DNA of 64,000 bases from Meyerozyma guilliermondii (lineage: Eukaryota). The notes below the pieces were generated by a model that was not told the origin of the DNA, made no database searches, and saw only the letters and a program-made list of their open reading frames with translations. How positions within the stretch are numbered: the first letter of the stretch is position 1; every line of letters starts with the position of its first letter. The translations under genes and the position numbers were made by a program. The stretch covers positions 1,674,001-1,738,000 of the forward strand of contig CP128815.1 of assembly GCA_051546255.1 (NCBI GenBank), read 5' to 3'. Of the stretch, positions 9,262 to 20,507 are shown one piece after another.

Positions 9262-11724
9262 TTAAAACGTACTGTTCAATTGACCCATTAATGTGCGCTC
9301 GTATTTGGCTGAAATTTCATGGAGACGTAGTAACACTCCGGCACCAAGACTCTTGACTTTTTCGTCGATGATTTTTTCCCATACAGCTGATGCCCACATC
9401 TCAATGGCTTGAAGTTCATTGGAAAAAGTCTCAATGAGATACTGGCTTTCAGACGTATCCAACACCAATAAAATACCAGTAAAAATGCTCTCTATCAACG
9501 GAATCTGGTCCAATTGCACTTCAGCAATTACTGTCACAATCACCAAAAGTAGTTCTCGAGTCATATCTCTAAAATCAGTAGCAACAGGGTATGCTGAGTG
9601 TAAGATCAAAGTTAATGTTCTCACATAGTGGGAGGTTAAAATAGGCGAATAGTGGCCGATGTCAATGCCGTCCACTTGGTGCCAAAGATTAATCAATGGA
9701 AAAAAGAACTTGGGTCCGATGAATTTGTGGAAATCAGTTTCTCTAGTCTTGATTATATGGGTTGAATTTGTCTTTTGAACTTTGCTGGACATTCTGAGAA
9801 TCGTACCACCAACGATTTGGTCCTTCGCCTTTTCTGAACGTTCTCTCATGAGATCATTTTCTAGTGCTAAATGTGCCGAATTTAACCTTGAAACACTCAC
9901 GTCGTCTGACCCAATTAGCTGTTTGTGCAATTTTGGTGGAAGTTTTTCTGAAACAAAATCTTTAGCAGTGTATGAGCTTTTTACGAATTCGTCCTCGATT
10001 CCAGCCAACTCTCGTGCCGCAAAAGATAGCGTTGAAAGAATGGTTACTCTTTGCTGTAACGAGTAGTCCCCACCAGCCAAAAGCTCCACAAGAATAGCAC
10101 CCAGAGAAATGTCACTGCTGGCCACCGCTATCATACAATTGAGACGAGCTTGCTCAAAATTAGCATCTTCGTAGATATTAGTCATGGCAAGGAGACTAGT
10201 CAATAGTTTCTCAGTATAGATTCGAAGCTCGCTTCCGTGTCGCAGCTTTTGTCTGATAAGCGTTGGACCATGTTCAAAAGCCAGTTTTCTCTTCTCAAAT
10301 GCTGCACTGTCATTGGTATCCACACTGATATAAGCTAGAAGATCTTTAATGTATAAGGGTTTTTGGATAGCCTTTTTGCGTACTGTGGGATCATCGTCGT
10401 CGGAACTATAGTCAGAGTCGTTATTATTCACAATTTGATCCACCTTCAAAGATGCAACATTTGTCTCTAACTTTTGAATTTCTTGGTCTGGAACTTCCAC
10501 TGCTTGTGAAAACACATCCCAAGCTTCGTCCAAAGAGCTAAACTTTGGTTCAAGTGCAGAAAGTTGTTCGTCAACTACCAAATTTTTGAATATGGGCTCC
10601 TGGCCCGCTCCATTACAAAGCTCGTTTGTTAGTACCAAAGCAAGATTTTTCACAGCATCAGAGAAGGCACCGAGTCTAGTGGAAACCGCATTGATGAAAA
10701 GAGGATCCTTAAGTAGTTTTGCACATTCTTGGGGCTGATTCTTGAGCAGGAGTATGAGAAAGCTTGTGCGCATTTGCTGTAGAACAATCGATTCCAATTT
10801 TATCGCTGGCTCACTTCCCCATTTCTGAAGCTGAGATTGGGTCACAGCTCTTGTATTTTGTTCAGATTCAAGCGATAATCTGTAAGTTGCAAGCCTGTAC
10901 AAATTTGTGTTCATAGTTTCGACAATGTTCTCCACAAGCACCACATCGAGATCATTATGAGGAAAAGTACCAAGTATATATGCCAAAGCTTCTAGTTTGG
11001 TATCTGTGCCTAAAATACTGGGGAGAAACTCGCACCAGAATCGTTCAAGAAGACGTTTTCTTTGAAATGATTTCAGTTCCTTGAGTATGCTGATGAAAAG
11101 ATGCAAATTTTCCGAGCGGAAAAGCAAGTTGAACATATGTCCACTGAACTTGGGGTGAAATGAAAATGCAGAATGAATAAACGGGATGGCCTGGCTAACA
11201 CTTGTTTGCAAAGTATCGTGGATTTGGGGTGCCAAAAATGCACAGTATGAATCAATCGAAGAAAATATCGTACTTTCAACGTAATGCAGATCGAGTTCGG
11301 CCGTGGCCAAGTAGATTTTTCCTTTGAAAAAGTACCGTTCTATTTCGGCTATTTCTGACCGAGACGAAGCAGAACTCATGAGAATCGTAACAACTTTGTC
11401 TCGACAGATTCGCACTAGTATATCAATGAACGACTGCAACAAAGTGTACTCTTTAGATTTGTTTGCCATGTTTATTCGAGCAAGAAGGTTGCCCAAGCCT
11501 ATAATTGACGTGCAACAAGCAGCTATGGAGCCTTTAAGCTGTGGAATTTGCCAATACACTTCCGGAACCGTAGTTGATAAGAGCACCAGAACCAATGCTA
11601 ATGTTTCATTTCTTGTGGATGGGGGGTCCTTGACCAACTTTTTAAGAATATGATGCAATTCCTGCTCGTCTGGTTTGCTTCTGAGTGTCTCAATGAGTGT
11701 ATCAAACGACTCTTGCGTCCCCAT
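9262..11724 (-). CDS. TEL2: TTT complex subunit / telomere length regulator Tel2
   Basis: Acidic SDYSSDDDDP linker, KPLYIKDLL, LIRQK..G.EL, DYSLQQR..ILS.L..AAREL, FFFPL. Confidence 0.88.
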   Translation of the reverse strand: MGTQESFDTLIETLRSKPDEQELHHILKKLVKDPPSTRNETLALVLVLLSTTVPEVYWQIPQLKGSIAACCTSIIGLGNLLARINMANKSKEYTLLQSFIDILVRICRDKVVTILMSSASSRSEIAEIERYFFKGKIYLATAELDLHYVESTIFSSIDSYCAFLAPQIHDTLQTSVSQAIPFIHSAFSFHPKFSGHMFNLLFRSENLHLFISILKELKSFQRKRLLERFWCEFLPSILGTDTKLEALAYILGTFPHNDLDVVLVENIVETMNTNLYRLATYRLSLESEQNTRAVTQSQLQKWGSEPAIKLESIVLQQMRTSFLILLLKNQPQECAKLLKDPLFINAVSTRLGAFSDAVKNLALVLTNELCNGAGQEPIFKNLVVDEQLSALEPKFSSLDEAWDVFSQAVEVPDQEIQKLETNVASLKVDQIVNNNDSDYSSDDDDPTVRKKAIQKPLYIKDLLAYISVDTNDSAAFEKRKLAFEHGPTLIRQKLRHGSELRIYTEKLLTSLLAMTNIYEDANFEQARLNCMIAVASSDISLGAILVELLAGGDYSLQQRVTILSTLSFAARELAGIEDEFVKSSYTAKDFVSEKLPPKLHKQLIGSDDVSVSRLNSAHLALENDLMRERSEKAKDQIVGGTILRMSSKVQKTNSTHIIKTRETDFHKFIGPKFFFPLINLWHQVDGIDIGHYSPILTSHYVRTLTLILHSAYPVATDFRDMTRELLLVIVTVIAEVQLDQIPLIESIFTGILLVLDTSESQYLIETFSNELQAIEMWASAVWEKIIDEKVKSLGAGVLLRLHEISAKYERTLMGQLNSTF

Positions 11725-11873
11725 CTAAAGTATGAAGAATGATGAACTTGTCTGAATCGGGGCTGTCTGCAGGCACGATGAGGCTGGTGGACGGGCGCGA
11801 CTTCGTGTTTCGATTAAAGAGTCACTTATCTAGAAACACGAGTAGTTGATCTGGAGGGTTTGTAATGAAATAG

Positions 11874-12890
11874 ATGTATTGCATAACCAAGAATAGCATA
11901 TCGTTGAAAGCTAGCCCAAAGAACCGTCTCTTTCCATTTTCAAAAACTACTTTGAAACCTTCATTTCACCGATTTGAATCGACTTTGAAACGCCCAAAAA
12001 GTCCACTTGAACCACTCCAGCCACTCCAGACTGTTCCACACCCCCCAAAATACCATTCTCCAATGTCAAATCCCCAAAAACTTCTCGCCGACTACTTCGA
12101 CACCACCAACTTCCAATTTGCCGGAGACGTCAAAAACCAGGTGGCGTCTCTCAAACGGTGGATGGAGCTTGTATATCTACGCGACAGGCCGCTCGTGGCG
12201 GTAGACATCGAAGCGTTTGAAAGAAATAGCAACTTGGTCACCGAGGTGGGCTTTGCCATTTATGACCCGAAGGAACAGGGTGCAACTTTGTTGCCCAGTA
12301 TCCGAACTGTGCACTTGATAATCAAGGAACACGCCAATAAAAAGAACGGGCGGTTTGTGCCCGACAACTCCCATCGGTGTCTCTTGGGCAAATCTCATAT
12401 TGTGGACTTACGACAGTGCTCGGCATTCATCTCGGAAGTTTTCCGCCATTACTTTGAAGAAGATCAAGGTGTGCTTGTGGGACATGGAATTAAAGGCGAT
12501 ATCAAGTGGCTCAAGACTTTGGTGGGAAATGTCCCCGAGACATGTCCTATAGTGGATACTACTTTGATCCACAAACTTTCCAGAAAGGGTAATGGCAGTC
12601 TTGAAGGTATACTACGCCAAGTTGAAATTCCCTGTGGCCGCCTCCACAATGCTGCTAATGATGCTTTCTACACTCTACAGGCTGTGATGGCTTGGTGTGA
12701 CCCGTACTACCGCCGAAAATACAACCTTGATGTCTACGATTCCACGATAACGCTGGTGTCTAAGAATATTAGGCGACGCATGCAATTCGACGATGCTGCA
12801 GTTTTGGTGCACGAAGAAGACGGGATCCACCTCTACGAGAGATTATGGGGCTGTGTGCCAGAAGAAGGTGAGTCTGATGTAGAAATGTAG
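11874..12890 (+). CDS. DEDDh exonuclease-fold protein, Gfd2/YDR514C-like
   Basis: VAVDIEAFE, TEVGFAIYDP, NGRFVPD, LVGHGIKGDI, LHNAANDAFYTL. Confidence 0.8.
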   Translation: MYCITKNSISLKASPKNRLFPFSKTTLKPSFHRFESTLKRPKSPLEPLQPLQTVPHPPKYHSPMSNPQKLLADYFDTTNFQFAGDVKNQVASLKRWMELVYLRDRPLVAVDIEAFERNSNLVTEVGFAIYDPKEQGATLLPSIRTVHLIIKEHANKKNGRFVPDNSHRCLLGKSHIVDLRQCSAFISEVFRHYFEEDQGVLVGHGIKGDIKWLKTLVGNVPETCPIVDTTLIHKLSRKGNGSLEGILRQVEIPCGRLHNAANDAFYTLQAVMAWCDPYYRRKYNLDVYDSTITLVSKNIRRRMQFDDAAVLVHEEDGIHLYERLWGCVPEEGESDVEM

Positions 12891-13123
12891 CTACAGTCTC
12901 ACAAGTCTTGAAAATTTCGCATAGTCGCGAATAATTCATTCTTGATACTCAGACTCGTCTCACCAATTCCAATTAAAAAACTACCAATTACAAACTGCCA
13001 ATTATCCAATTGAGTCATGCCGCCGTATGTACATCCCGGTACCTTTCCCATCACCACTAACCCAGAAAAATACGCAAGACCAAGGCACCAAAGCCGTTCA
13101 CTTATACTCGTACAGCCAACACG

Positions 13124-14206
13124 ATGAAATTTGGAGCCCATGTTGGTTCTTCTGGAGGTGTTTCAAAGTCGGTTTTGAATGCCATGGATATCGGGGCAAA
13201 CAGTTTTGCACTTTTTTTGAGGTCTCCTCGGCAATGGGCGGCTCCACCATTAAGCTCGGAAGAAGCCGAAAAGTTTAAAGCACTCTGTAGCCAACATGGC
13301 TACGACCCTGCTCGCGATGTACTTCCCCATGGGTCGTATATGATAAATATGGCCAATCCAGACGACGAAAAGGCGGAAAAGTCGTTTGGGTTGTTTCTCG
13401 ACGATCTTCAACGATGTGAAAAATTGGGCATAGGTCTCTACAATTTCCATCCTGGCTCGGTTATCGACGGAGAAAAGAGCGATGGCCTCGAAAAGTTGGC
13501 CAGCTACATCAACAGAGCCATAAAAGAAACATCAACGGTCAAAATAGTGATCGAGAACATGGCTGGCCATGGCAATCTCATCGGCTCAGATTTACAAGAT
13601 ATCAAGACAGTGATAGATTTTGTAACCGACAAGTCCAGAGTGGGTGTGTGTGTCGATACGTGTCACAGTTTCGCTGCTGGATATGATATATCCACCGAGC
13701 TGGGATATAAGGAATTCTGGGACAAGTTTGATAGTATAATTGGTCGTCAGTACCTCAGTGCTATCCATCTCAATGATTCTAAGGCTCCTCTCGCAGCAAA
13801 TCGGGATCTTCACCAAAAGCTTGGTCTTGGCTACTTGGGATTGGATGTGTTTCGCTTCATAGCAAACGATCCAAAACTTGAAGGTCTTCCAATTGTTCTC
13901 GAAACTCCGGTGAAAGACGACGATACCGTTTATGGCGAAGAAATAAAGCTCTTGGAATGGCTACAGGGTCGCAAGGACGATGAGGAATACGCAGCAAAGA
14001 GAGAGGCACTTGCCAAACTCGGTGCATCGGAGCGGAAAGAACAAATGGAAAAGTTTGAAAAAAAGTCTCAGAAATCCAAGAAGACAGTAAAGACAAAAAG
14101 ACAGGTAAAAATCGACGAGTCTCCAAATGGAACCCAAAAAAAGAGGAAAGTCACCACCGTCACCACAGCAATCAAGGACGAGTCCGAGACAACCACTAAC
14201 CAATGA
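13124..14206 (+). CDS. APN1: AP endonuclease (endonuclease IV family)
   Basis: GAHV, PHGSY.IN, NFHPGS, ENMAG, DTCH, HLNDSK, DLH, LETP; basic C-terminal tail. Confidence 0.96.
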   Translation: MKFGAHVGSSGGVSKSVLNAMDIGANSFALFLRSPRQWAAPPLSSEEAEKFKALCSQHGYDPARDVLPHGSYMINMANPDDEKAEKSFGLFLDDLQRCEKLGIGLYNFHPGSVIDGEKSDGLEKLASYINRAIKETSTVKIVIENMAGHGNLIGSDLQDIKTVIDFVTDKSRVGVCVDTCHSFAAGYDISTELGYKEFWDKFDSIIGRQYLSAIHLNDSKAPLAANRDLHQKLGLGYLGLDVFRFIANDPKLEGLPIVLETPVKDDDTVYGEEIKLLEWLQGRKDDEEYAAKREALAKLGASERKEQMEKFEKKSQKSKKTVKTKRQVKIDESPNGTQKKRKVTTVTTAIKDESETTTNQ

Positions 14207-14316
14207 AACGTTTTGCAAAAGTACCCTTCTCTTGTAGTCTCTGCCTCTTCGATATTCTGTTCCTGCATACACCCACGTCAACAAAATCATTCGAAATCTC
14301 ATCTGTCTGCGACTTT

Positions 14317-17300
14317 ATGTTTGGCCTGACCACGTCTGGATTTGGCGGTTTCGGCGCAGCTTCGAACACCTCAACGTCCCCGTTCGCATCCTCGGCCACG
14401 AACAATGCACCAGCATCGAATACGTCGCCTTTTGGCCAGTCTAACCAAGCCAACCAGGGCGGTCTGATTTTTGGCCAATCTGGAGGTTTCGGTTCCAACG
14501 CCATTGGCGGCTCGGCGTTCGGCTCCAGCAACACTAACGCTCCCGCCACCGGCTCCTCTGTGTTCGGGACCAATAACAATGCATCTGGAAGTGTTTTCGG
14601 TCTGACCACAGCACCAACTACTTCGCCTTTCGGAAACACAACCCAGAACACAACTTCTGCTTTTGGTAACACCGGCTCTGGCTTCGGTGCCGCGCCAGCC
14701 TCGTCATCTGGTGGGTTGTTTGGAAGCTCTGCGACTGCAAATAAGCCAGGTTTTGGACTGGCTTTTGGTACTCCGAGCAACACAAACACCTCACCTTTCG
14801 GAGCCTCAACCGGCTTTGGAAGTGGAACAGACGGGAAGACCAATACCGGCTCGGGCAACCCTCCGTTTGCTCCTTACACCGATAAGGACAGCAACGGAAC
14901 CAATAGGTACCATAATATCTCCATGATGCCTTCGTACCGCAATTTCTCTCCGGACGAAATCCGATTGAAAGATTACGAGCTCAACCGTCGATTCGGCAAT
15001 ACGCCTGTTGTACTGGGATTTGGTGGATCTACCAGCGGTTTTGGTGCTACCAACACCGGATCCGCATTTGGAGCTACTGGAGGAAGCACTTTTGGTGCCA
15101 GCTCAAATTCTCCATTTGGAAGTACCGCAAACAAATCTGCATTTGGCCAACCTTCCAACCTGACCTTTGGCAGCAACACGTCCACCTTTGGACAAAACAA
15201 CGGTAGCGCATTTGGCCTGAATACAGGCGGCGGTTTTGGCTCCTCCACCAACACTGGAAGTGCCTTTGGAAGCACTAATACTGGTTCCGGTTTTGGAGCT
15301 ACCAACTCTGCTTTTGGAGCAACACAGAACCAAAACCAACCTTTTGGAGCCACAACTAGCGCCTTTGGTGCTCCTTCCAACACCACATCGACTGGGGGCT
15401 TGTTTGGCTCGTCCACCAACAATAATACCAACGCTTCTCCCTTTGGTGGTTCTTCGGCGTTTGGTCAAAATAACACCAATAATGCGTCACCATTTGGCCA
15501 AAGCAACAACACAAGTGCTCCATTCGGACAATCTTCCACTTCAAATGTGTTTGGTTCAAATACCGGTGGGACAGGTTTTGGATCAAATTCTGGTAGCACT
15601 TTCGGCTCGTCTGGCTCTGCTTTCGGCGGTGCCAATAACAATACTGGTGGTGGTCTTTTTGGTCAGAATAACCAGAATACCAATACTGCCGCTTCTGGTG
15701 GATTGTTCGGCCAATCCAACACTAATACGGCCTCTAATCCTTTCGGTTCCAAGCCAGGCGGCCTATTCGGTCAAAATAATCAAACAAACCAGAACACCGG
15801 CTCTACTTTTGGCTCTGGTACTTCCGGGTTTGGTCAAAATAGTACTACTGGAGGAGGATTATTTGGCAGCAAACCTGCTCAAACAGGCGGACTTTTTGGA
15901 AATAACAATCAGAACAATACCGCCAATAATTCCAGTCCATTCGGAGCAACGAATGCATTTGGTGCCAACCAGAACCAAAACCAAAACCAAAATCAAAATC
16001 AAACCACCACCGGTGGACTTTTTGGTAGCAAACCTGCCACTGGAGGTCTCTTTGGGGGCCAAAGCACCACGAACAATACCGGTTTTGGTAACAACCAATC
16101 CACAAATACTAGTGGTGGACTTTTTGGAAATAAGCCTGCGACAACAGGAGGGGGTCTATTTGGAGGTGGAAACAATACCACCAGTGGAGGAGGATTGTTT
16201 GGTGGAAGCTCCAACACTGGTTCTACTGGTGTAGGTGGGAGCACTTCCGGAGGTTTGTTCGGTGGCTCTGGTAACACCAATACTACTGGAGGACTCTTTG
16301 GAAGCAAACCAGCTCAGTCCGGATCAACGTTTGGGGGAAGTAACACTGGAAGTGGAAACACTTCTTTTGGCACAGGAGGCGGACTCTTTGGGCAAAACCA
16401 ACAACAGTCTCAGCAGCCTCAGCAACAGCAGCAACAATCCCAGCAATCTCTCCTTAGTGCTCAGAATCCTTATGGTCAAAACCCACTCTTTCTGAGCATT
16501 TCCGTCCCAGCACCTGGTGCTAATGGACCCAGTGGTCCTCTAGCCGTTCCTGTGAAATCAGCGGCACCTAAAAAGCCTGTCAACTTGGGCAATGCTCATC
16601 GCTTGGCACCTTTGTTCCGGATGTCTGTTCTTCCACGAAAGGCAGAAGTTGAAGCAGAACAAACAAGAGCAACTGAAAAAACACAGAATGGTCTTTTTGG
16701 TGTGGACACTGACGTAGCTATTTCGTCATCTTCGATTTTCCGTCCTCAAACATCTGTACGCAAATTGATCGTGGACAAGGCGCAAGAAGCCGGCAAGAAA
16801 CTGCCTGCGTTAATACAAGTTGCTGTGGGTGAACGAGAACCACCCAAGCAGGTTTCCATGGTGCTTGACTCGGGTAGAAAAGATGAAGAAGAAATCAATG
16901 GCACTTCGTCACCAAAACTCATTGAAAGTGAAGTTGTTAATGGAAGTCAACCTGATACAGTAAAGGATGAGATTGACGAAAACGGATACTGGACGTCACC
17001 TTCGATTCTGGAGCTCAAGAGAAAGCCATTGGCAAGTCTTCGGTCAATAGAACACTTTAAGGTGGGCAGAAAGAATTACGGTCATATCGAGTTCTTGCAA
17101 CCGGTGGATTTGTCACTGATAGTGAACCTCGAAGACATAGCTGGAAATTTGATCATTTTCGATTCGAAGTCGTGTGTGGTTTATCCAGACGACGACAAGC
17201 CCAAAGAGGGTGAAGGGTTCAATTTGCCCGCCATAATCACCCTCAATGGATGCTATCCTGTCAATAAAGCGGATAAGCTTCCTATTTTGGACCCCAAGAG

Positions 17301-17409
17301 CGAAGTCGTTAAAAAGCATATTGACAAGTTGAAGCTGTTGCCCGAGATGGAGTTTCAACTGTACGAGCCTCAATCTGGAGACTGGACGTTCAAGGTTACT
17401 TCTATGTAG
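14317..17409 (+). CDS. GLFG nucleoporin Nup100/Nup116 type
   Basis: FG/GLFG repeats, GLEBS-like segment (ISMMPSY...EIRLKDY), C-terminal nucleoporin2 domain ending WTFKVTSM with no HFS autocleavage motif; start corrected to ATG 14317. Confidence 0.9.
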   Translation: MFGLTTSGFGGFGAASNTSTSPFASSATNNAPASNTSPFGQSNQANQGGLIFGQSGGFGSNAIGGSAFGSSNTNAPATGSSVFGTNNNASGSVFGLTTAPTTSPFGNTTQNTTSAFGNTGSGFGAAPASSSGGLFGSSATANKPGFGLAFGTPSNTNTSPFGASTGFGSGTDGKTNTGSGNPPFAPYTDKDSNGTNRYHNISMMPSYRNFSPDEIRLKDYELNRRFGNTPVVLGFGGSTSGFGATNTGSAFGATGGSTFGASSNSPFGSTANKSAFGQPSNLTFGSNTSTFGQNNGSAFGLNTGGGFGSSTNTGSAFGSTNTGSGFGATNSAFGATQNQNQPFGATTSAFGAPSNTTSTGGLFGSSTNNNTNASPFGGSSAFGQNNTNNASPFGQSNNTSAPFGQSSTSNVFGSNTGGTGFGSNSGSTFGSSGSAFGGANNNTGGGLFGQNNQNTNTAASGGLFGQSNTNTASNPFGSKPGGLFGQNNQTNQNTGSTFGSGTSGFGQNSTTGGGLFGSKPAQTGGLFGNNNQNNTANNSSPFGATNAFGANQNQNQNQNQNQTTTGGLFGSKPATGGLFGGQSTTNNTGFGNNQSTNTSGGLFGNKPATTGGGLFGGGNNTTSGGGLFGGSSNTGSTGVGGSTSGGLFGGSGNTNTTGGLFGSKPAQSGSTFGGSNTGSGNTSFGTGGGLFGQNQQQSQQPQQQQQQSQQSLLSAQNPYGQNPLFLSISVPAPGANGPSGPLAVPVKSAAPKKPVNLGNAHRLAPLFRMSVLPRKAEVEAEQTRATEKTQNGLFGVDTDVAISSSSIFRPQTSVRKLIVDKAQEAGKKLPALIQVAVGEREPPKQVSMVLDSGRKDEEEINGTSSPKLIESEVVNGSQPDTVKDEIDENGYWTSPSILELKRKPLASLRSIEHFKVGRKNYGHIEFLQPVDLSLIVNLEDIAGNLIIFDSKSCVVYPDDDKPKEGEGFNLPAIITLNGCYPVNKADKLPILDPKSEVVKKHIDKLKLLPEMEFQLYEPQSGDWTFKVTSM
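15967..16002 (+). repeat. (AAYCAR)x6 coding microsatellite encoding NQ repeats
   Basis: aaccagaaccaaaaccaaaaccaaaatcaaaatcaa. Confidence 0.8.
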
Positions 17410-17495
17410 AATTACGAATATGGCTACTAGGGCTGTATATATAAATGAGGTTTATTTCTATCACTGAAAAATCGCACCGCGACCGCGTATTCTTC

Positions 17496-18661
17496 ATGGG
17501 TGTTAAAGGTAAGTAGCCACAAGTGTGATATGAAACCATGCTAACCCAGGATTGAACCAGCTCATCAAGGAGCACGCTCCCGAAGCTTTCAGGGAGTTTC
17601 AGCTCAAGAATTTGTTTGGCCGAAAAGTTGCAATCGATGCTTCTATGTGTCTCTATCAATATCTCATTGCAGTCAGGCAAAGTGATGGACAGCAATTGAC
17701 ATCAGAAGATGGAGAAACAACGTCACATTTGCTGGGAATGTTCTACAGAACGATCAGGCTTGTGGAAAATGGAATAAAACCAATGTATGTTTTCGATGGA
17801 AAGCCTCCGGTGTTGAAAGGTGGAGAATTGGAAAAACGAATGATCCGGAAAAAAGAAGCTTTGAAGCAGCAGGAAGACATAAAGGACACTGCCACGGTAG
17901 AGGAGATGGTGCGGTACGAGAAGCGGTCGGTGAGAGTCACAAAAGAGCAAAATAACGAAGCCAAGAAACTCTTGGAATTGATGGGAATACCCTATGTGGA
18001 TGCGCCGTGTGAAGCTGAGGCCCAATGTGCCGAGTTGGCTGTTGCTGGCAAGGTATTTGCTGCTGCCTCGGAAGATATGGATACGTTGTGCTATAGTCCG
18101 CCATATCTTCTTCGTCATTTGACATTTGCTGAGGCTCGCAAAATGCCCATCGATCAAATCGACTATAAAAAGGCAATGGAGGGCCTTGAAATGGACAAAC
18201 AGACATTCATTGACCTATGTATTCTTCTTGGATGTGATTACTGTGAAACCATTAAGGGAGTGGGGCCTGTTACTGCGTTTAAACTCATCAAGGAACATGG
18301 CTCTTTGGACAATATTGTCAAGTGGATAGAAGAAAACCCCGACAGCACCAAATTTAAAGTTCCAGAAAACTGGCCCTACGCAGAAGCTCGCGAGCTTTTT
18401 TTGAACCCAGACGTGAGTCCTGGAAAGGAAATCAACTTAAAATGGCAGGAGCCCAAAGTAGACGAATTGGTGGAATTTATGGTTAAACAAAAAGGGTTTA
18501 GCGAGGACCGTGTACGGAGTGGAGCCGAAAAACTCAAGAAAGGATTGAAAGGAGGGGTCCAAGGACGCTTGGATGGGTTTTTTTCTGTCGTTAAGACCGA
18601 AAAACGAAAGCCTGAGCAAGATAAAAAGACAAAGGGAAGCAAGAAAGCAAAGAAAAAGTAG
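17496..18661 (+). CDS. RAD27: Flap endonuclease 1; exons 17496-17508 and 17550-18661
   Basis: Splicing restores [40 protein letters not shown] box QGRLDGFF. Confidence 0.97.
17509..17549 (+). other. 41-nt intron in RAD27
   Basis: GTAAGT...TGCTAAC-CCAG; removal restores the conserved N-terminus in frame. Confidence 0.92.
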
Positions 18662-18733
18662 TTTCTTGAAAAGAATAGGTAGAGGGGCCAATTAAGAAAC
18701 TAATTTACGTAATGCTCGATACCTGTGTATATT

Positions 18734-19734
18734 CTAATCTCTCAGAGGCTTCTTCTTCTCTGCCTCAGCTGCCTTCTCTTCCTCGATTTCGTCGACATAT
18801 TTCTTGATTTCATCAACCGTCATCAGATGAATTTGATCGTTGGCCTTCAACACGGCCACCTCGATGTTCTTGGCGCCAGTCTGAACCACTTCTAACAATG
18901 ACTTGATAGTCAACTTGATGGTTTGTTCATCGTTCATATCTTCCTCGTAATTTTTCTCCAAAAACTCCCTCACTGTTTTCGACGACCGGCCTATGGCATG
19001 AGCCTTCCACGAGTTATACACTCCCGAAGGTTCTGTTTGGTACAAACGAGGAACGGTGTCGTTTGCGTCGAATCCTGCAATGAGGGTGGCAATTCCAAAC
19101 GGACGAACTCCACCAGATTGGGTATATTTTTGTTGCACTCCAGCGACGTACTTGGTCAAGTATTCGATGGTGACGGCATCTTCCAACGTGAGTCTGTGCG
19201 ACTGAGCCTCCACTCTCGCCTTGTCTACAAGGATACGGGCATCGGCGTTCAAACCGGCGAACGCCAACAATGCGTGATTATCCACTTTGCAAATCTTGGA
19301 CGGTGTGATTCTGGGGTCTTGAAGCTTGAGCGTGGTCCTTTTTTCACAGCCCAAAATAACACAATCTTTTCCCTTGACGCCTACCGCGCAAGTTCCTCGC
19401 TTGACGGCTTCTGAAGCGTATTCAACCTCTGCAGTTAGTAATTGAACAAGAAAGACAAATAAGTGGAACTTCAATTGTACGCCAACAAAATGTGGAAGAT
19501 AACTCAAAAGTAGTCTGCTTTCATATATGTGGCATATAGTTCCTTTGAAAGGATCCAAGCGCCAATTTTTGGCCATTTTTAATACTTACGAAACACATGT
19601 CCATCAGGTCTGAGTTAGTAACCATGATTCAAAATACAAGAAAAAGTTCATTTGTTGGCATTTCTATCTTTCAGATTCAGCACAAGTCCCAATACTTACG
19701 AGAAAATCGATAATGCACTGTCGTAGCCACTCAT
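18734..19734 (-). CDS. PRE6: 20S proteasome alpha-4 subunit; exons 19734-19700, 19609-19590, 19428-18734
   Basis: Spliced N-terminus [41 protein letters not shown]. Confidence 0.95.
19429..19589 (-). other. PRE6 intron 2 (161 nt)
   Basis: GTAAGT...TACTAAC-TGCAG on minus strand. Confidence 0.92.
19610..19699 (-). other. PRE6 intron 1 (90 nt)
   Basis: GTAAGT...TACTAAC-TCAG on minus strand. Confidence 0.92.
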
Positions 19735-19872
19735 ATTGAACCGGGTATAATGGTGGCAAGCGGTAGCTGGTGGTGATAATCGAGTGTGAAGCCGCGACGA
19801 TTTGGGTGCCCGGCTACATGCAGTCTCGGACCATCGCAGATTGGAAACTGAGTAGTGGATGCGAAAGCATCA

Positions 19873-20382
19873 ATGATAAAGCTGGATGTTGGAGAGAAAG
19901 ATATAGTTAGCTCAAAAGATATAATTCGCTCAGAAGTGAGTCTGGAGACTGTTGTTGGTGCTAAAACACAAAATAAACTGAAGAAAAATGGAAAGAATAA
20001 CAGCAATAAAAAGAAGCGAAATCCTTCGAATACTCGACCGGCCACTGACAATCAAGCTCGAATTTCCTTTTTGTTCCAGGCAGCCAATACTCTCCTCCTA
20101 ACAAAATATGACGAATTGTCTCGAAATATGGCCCGAAATGCAGACTTGGTGTCCAAGAAATCTGTCACTAAACTCACACCTTCGTTGAAAAGAAGTATTT
20201 GTAGAGACTGTAATACCTGCTTAATACCCGGATTGAGTCAAAAGACATATATAACCAATGATTCGGTTGCCAAATCGCCTCACAATGATGTGTTGGTTCA
20301 TGAATGTTGCAATTGTGGGACAAAAAAGCGGTTTCCTATCGGTCGAGATTTGGGGTATACAGAATTTGCAGCTAGGGCATAA
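19873..20382 (+). CDS. RPR2: RNase P subunit Rpr2/Rpp21
   Basis: ARISFLFQAA, KRSICRDC..LIPG, C.NCG.KKRFPIG zinc motif; first ATG 19873. Confidence 0.85.
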   Translation: MIKLDVGEKDIVSSKDIIRSEVSLETVVGAKTQNKLKKNGKNNSNKKKRNPSNTRPATDNQARISFLFQAANTLLLTKYDELSRNMARNADLVSKKSVTKLTPSLKRSICRDCNTCLIPGLSQKTYITNDSVAKSPHNDVLVHECCNCGTKKRFPIGRDLGYTEFAARA

Positions 20383-20507
20383 GAGAAAGGATGATAAGAA
20401 ACAAAAGTAATAGAGACGACATAGACGATGTGTGATACAGTGTGACATATACCATGAGTGAATACAAGACATTAACCTTTAGATACATACAACCTACTAT
20501 ATAGTCT

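Noticed and set aside
14203..14206. Apparent ATGA overlap between APN1 and the nucleoporin, suggesting translational coupling
   Set aside because: Eukaryotic context; the FG region begins at ATG 14317 and the upstream 38 codons look like UTR
19752..19760. GGTGGCAAG PACE-like Rpn4 site upstream of PRE6
   Set aside because: Imperfect match only 18 nt from the ATG; plausible but too weak to call
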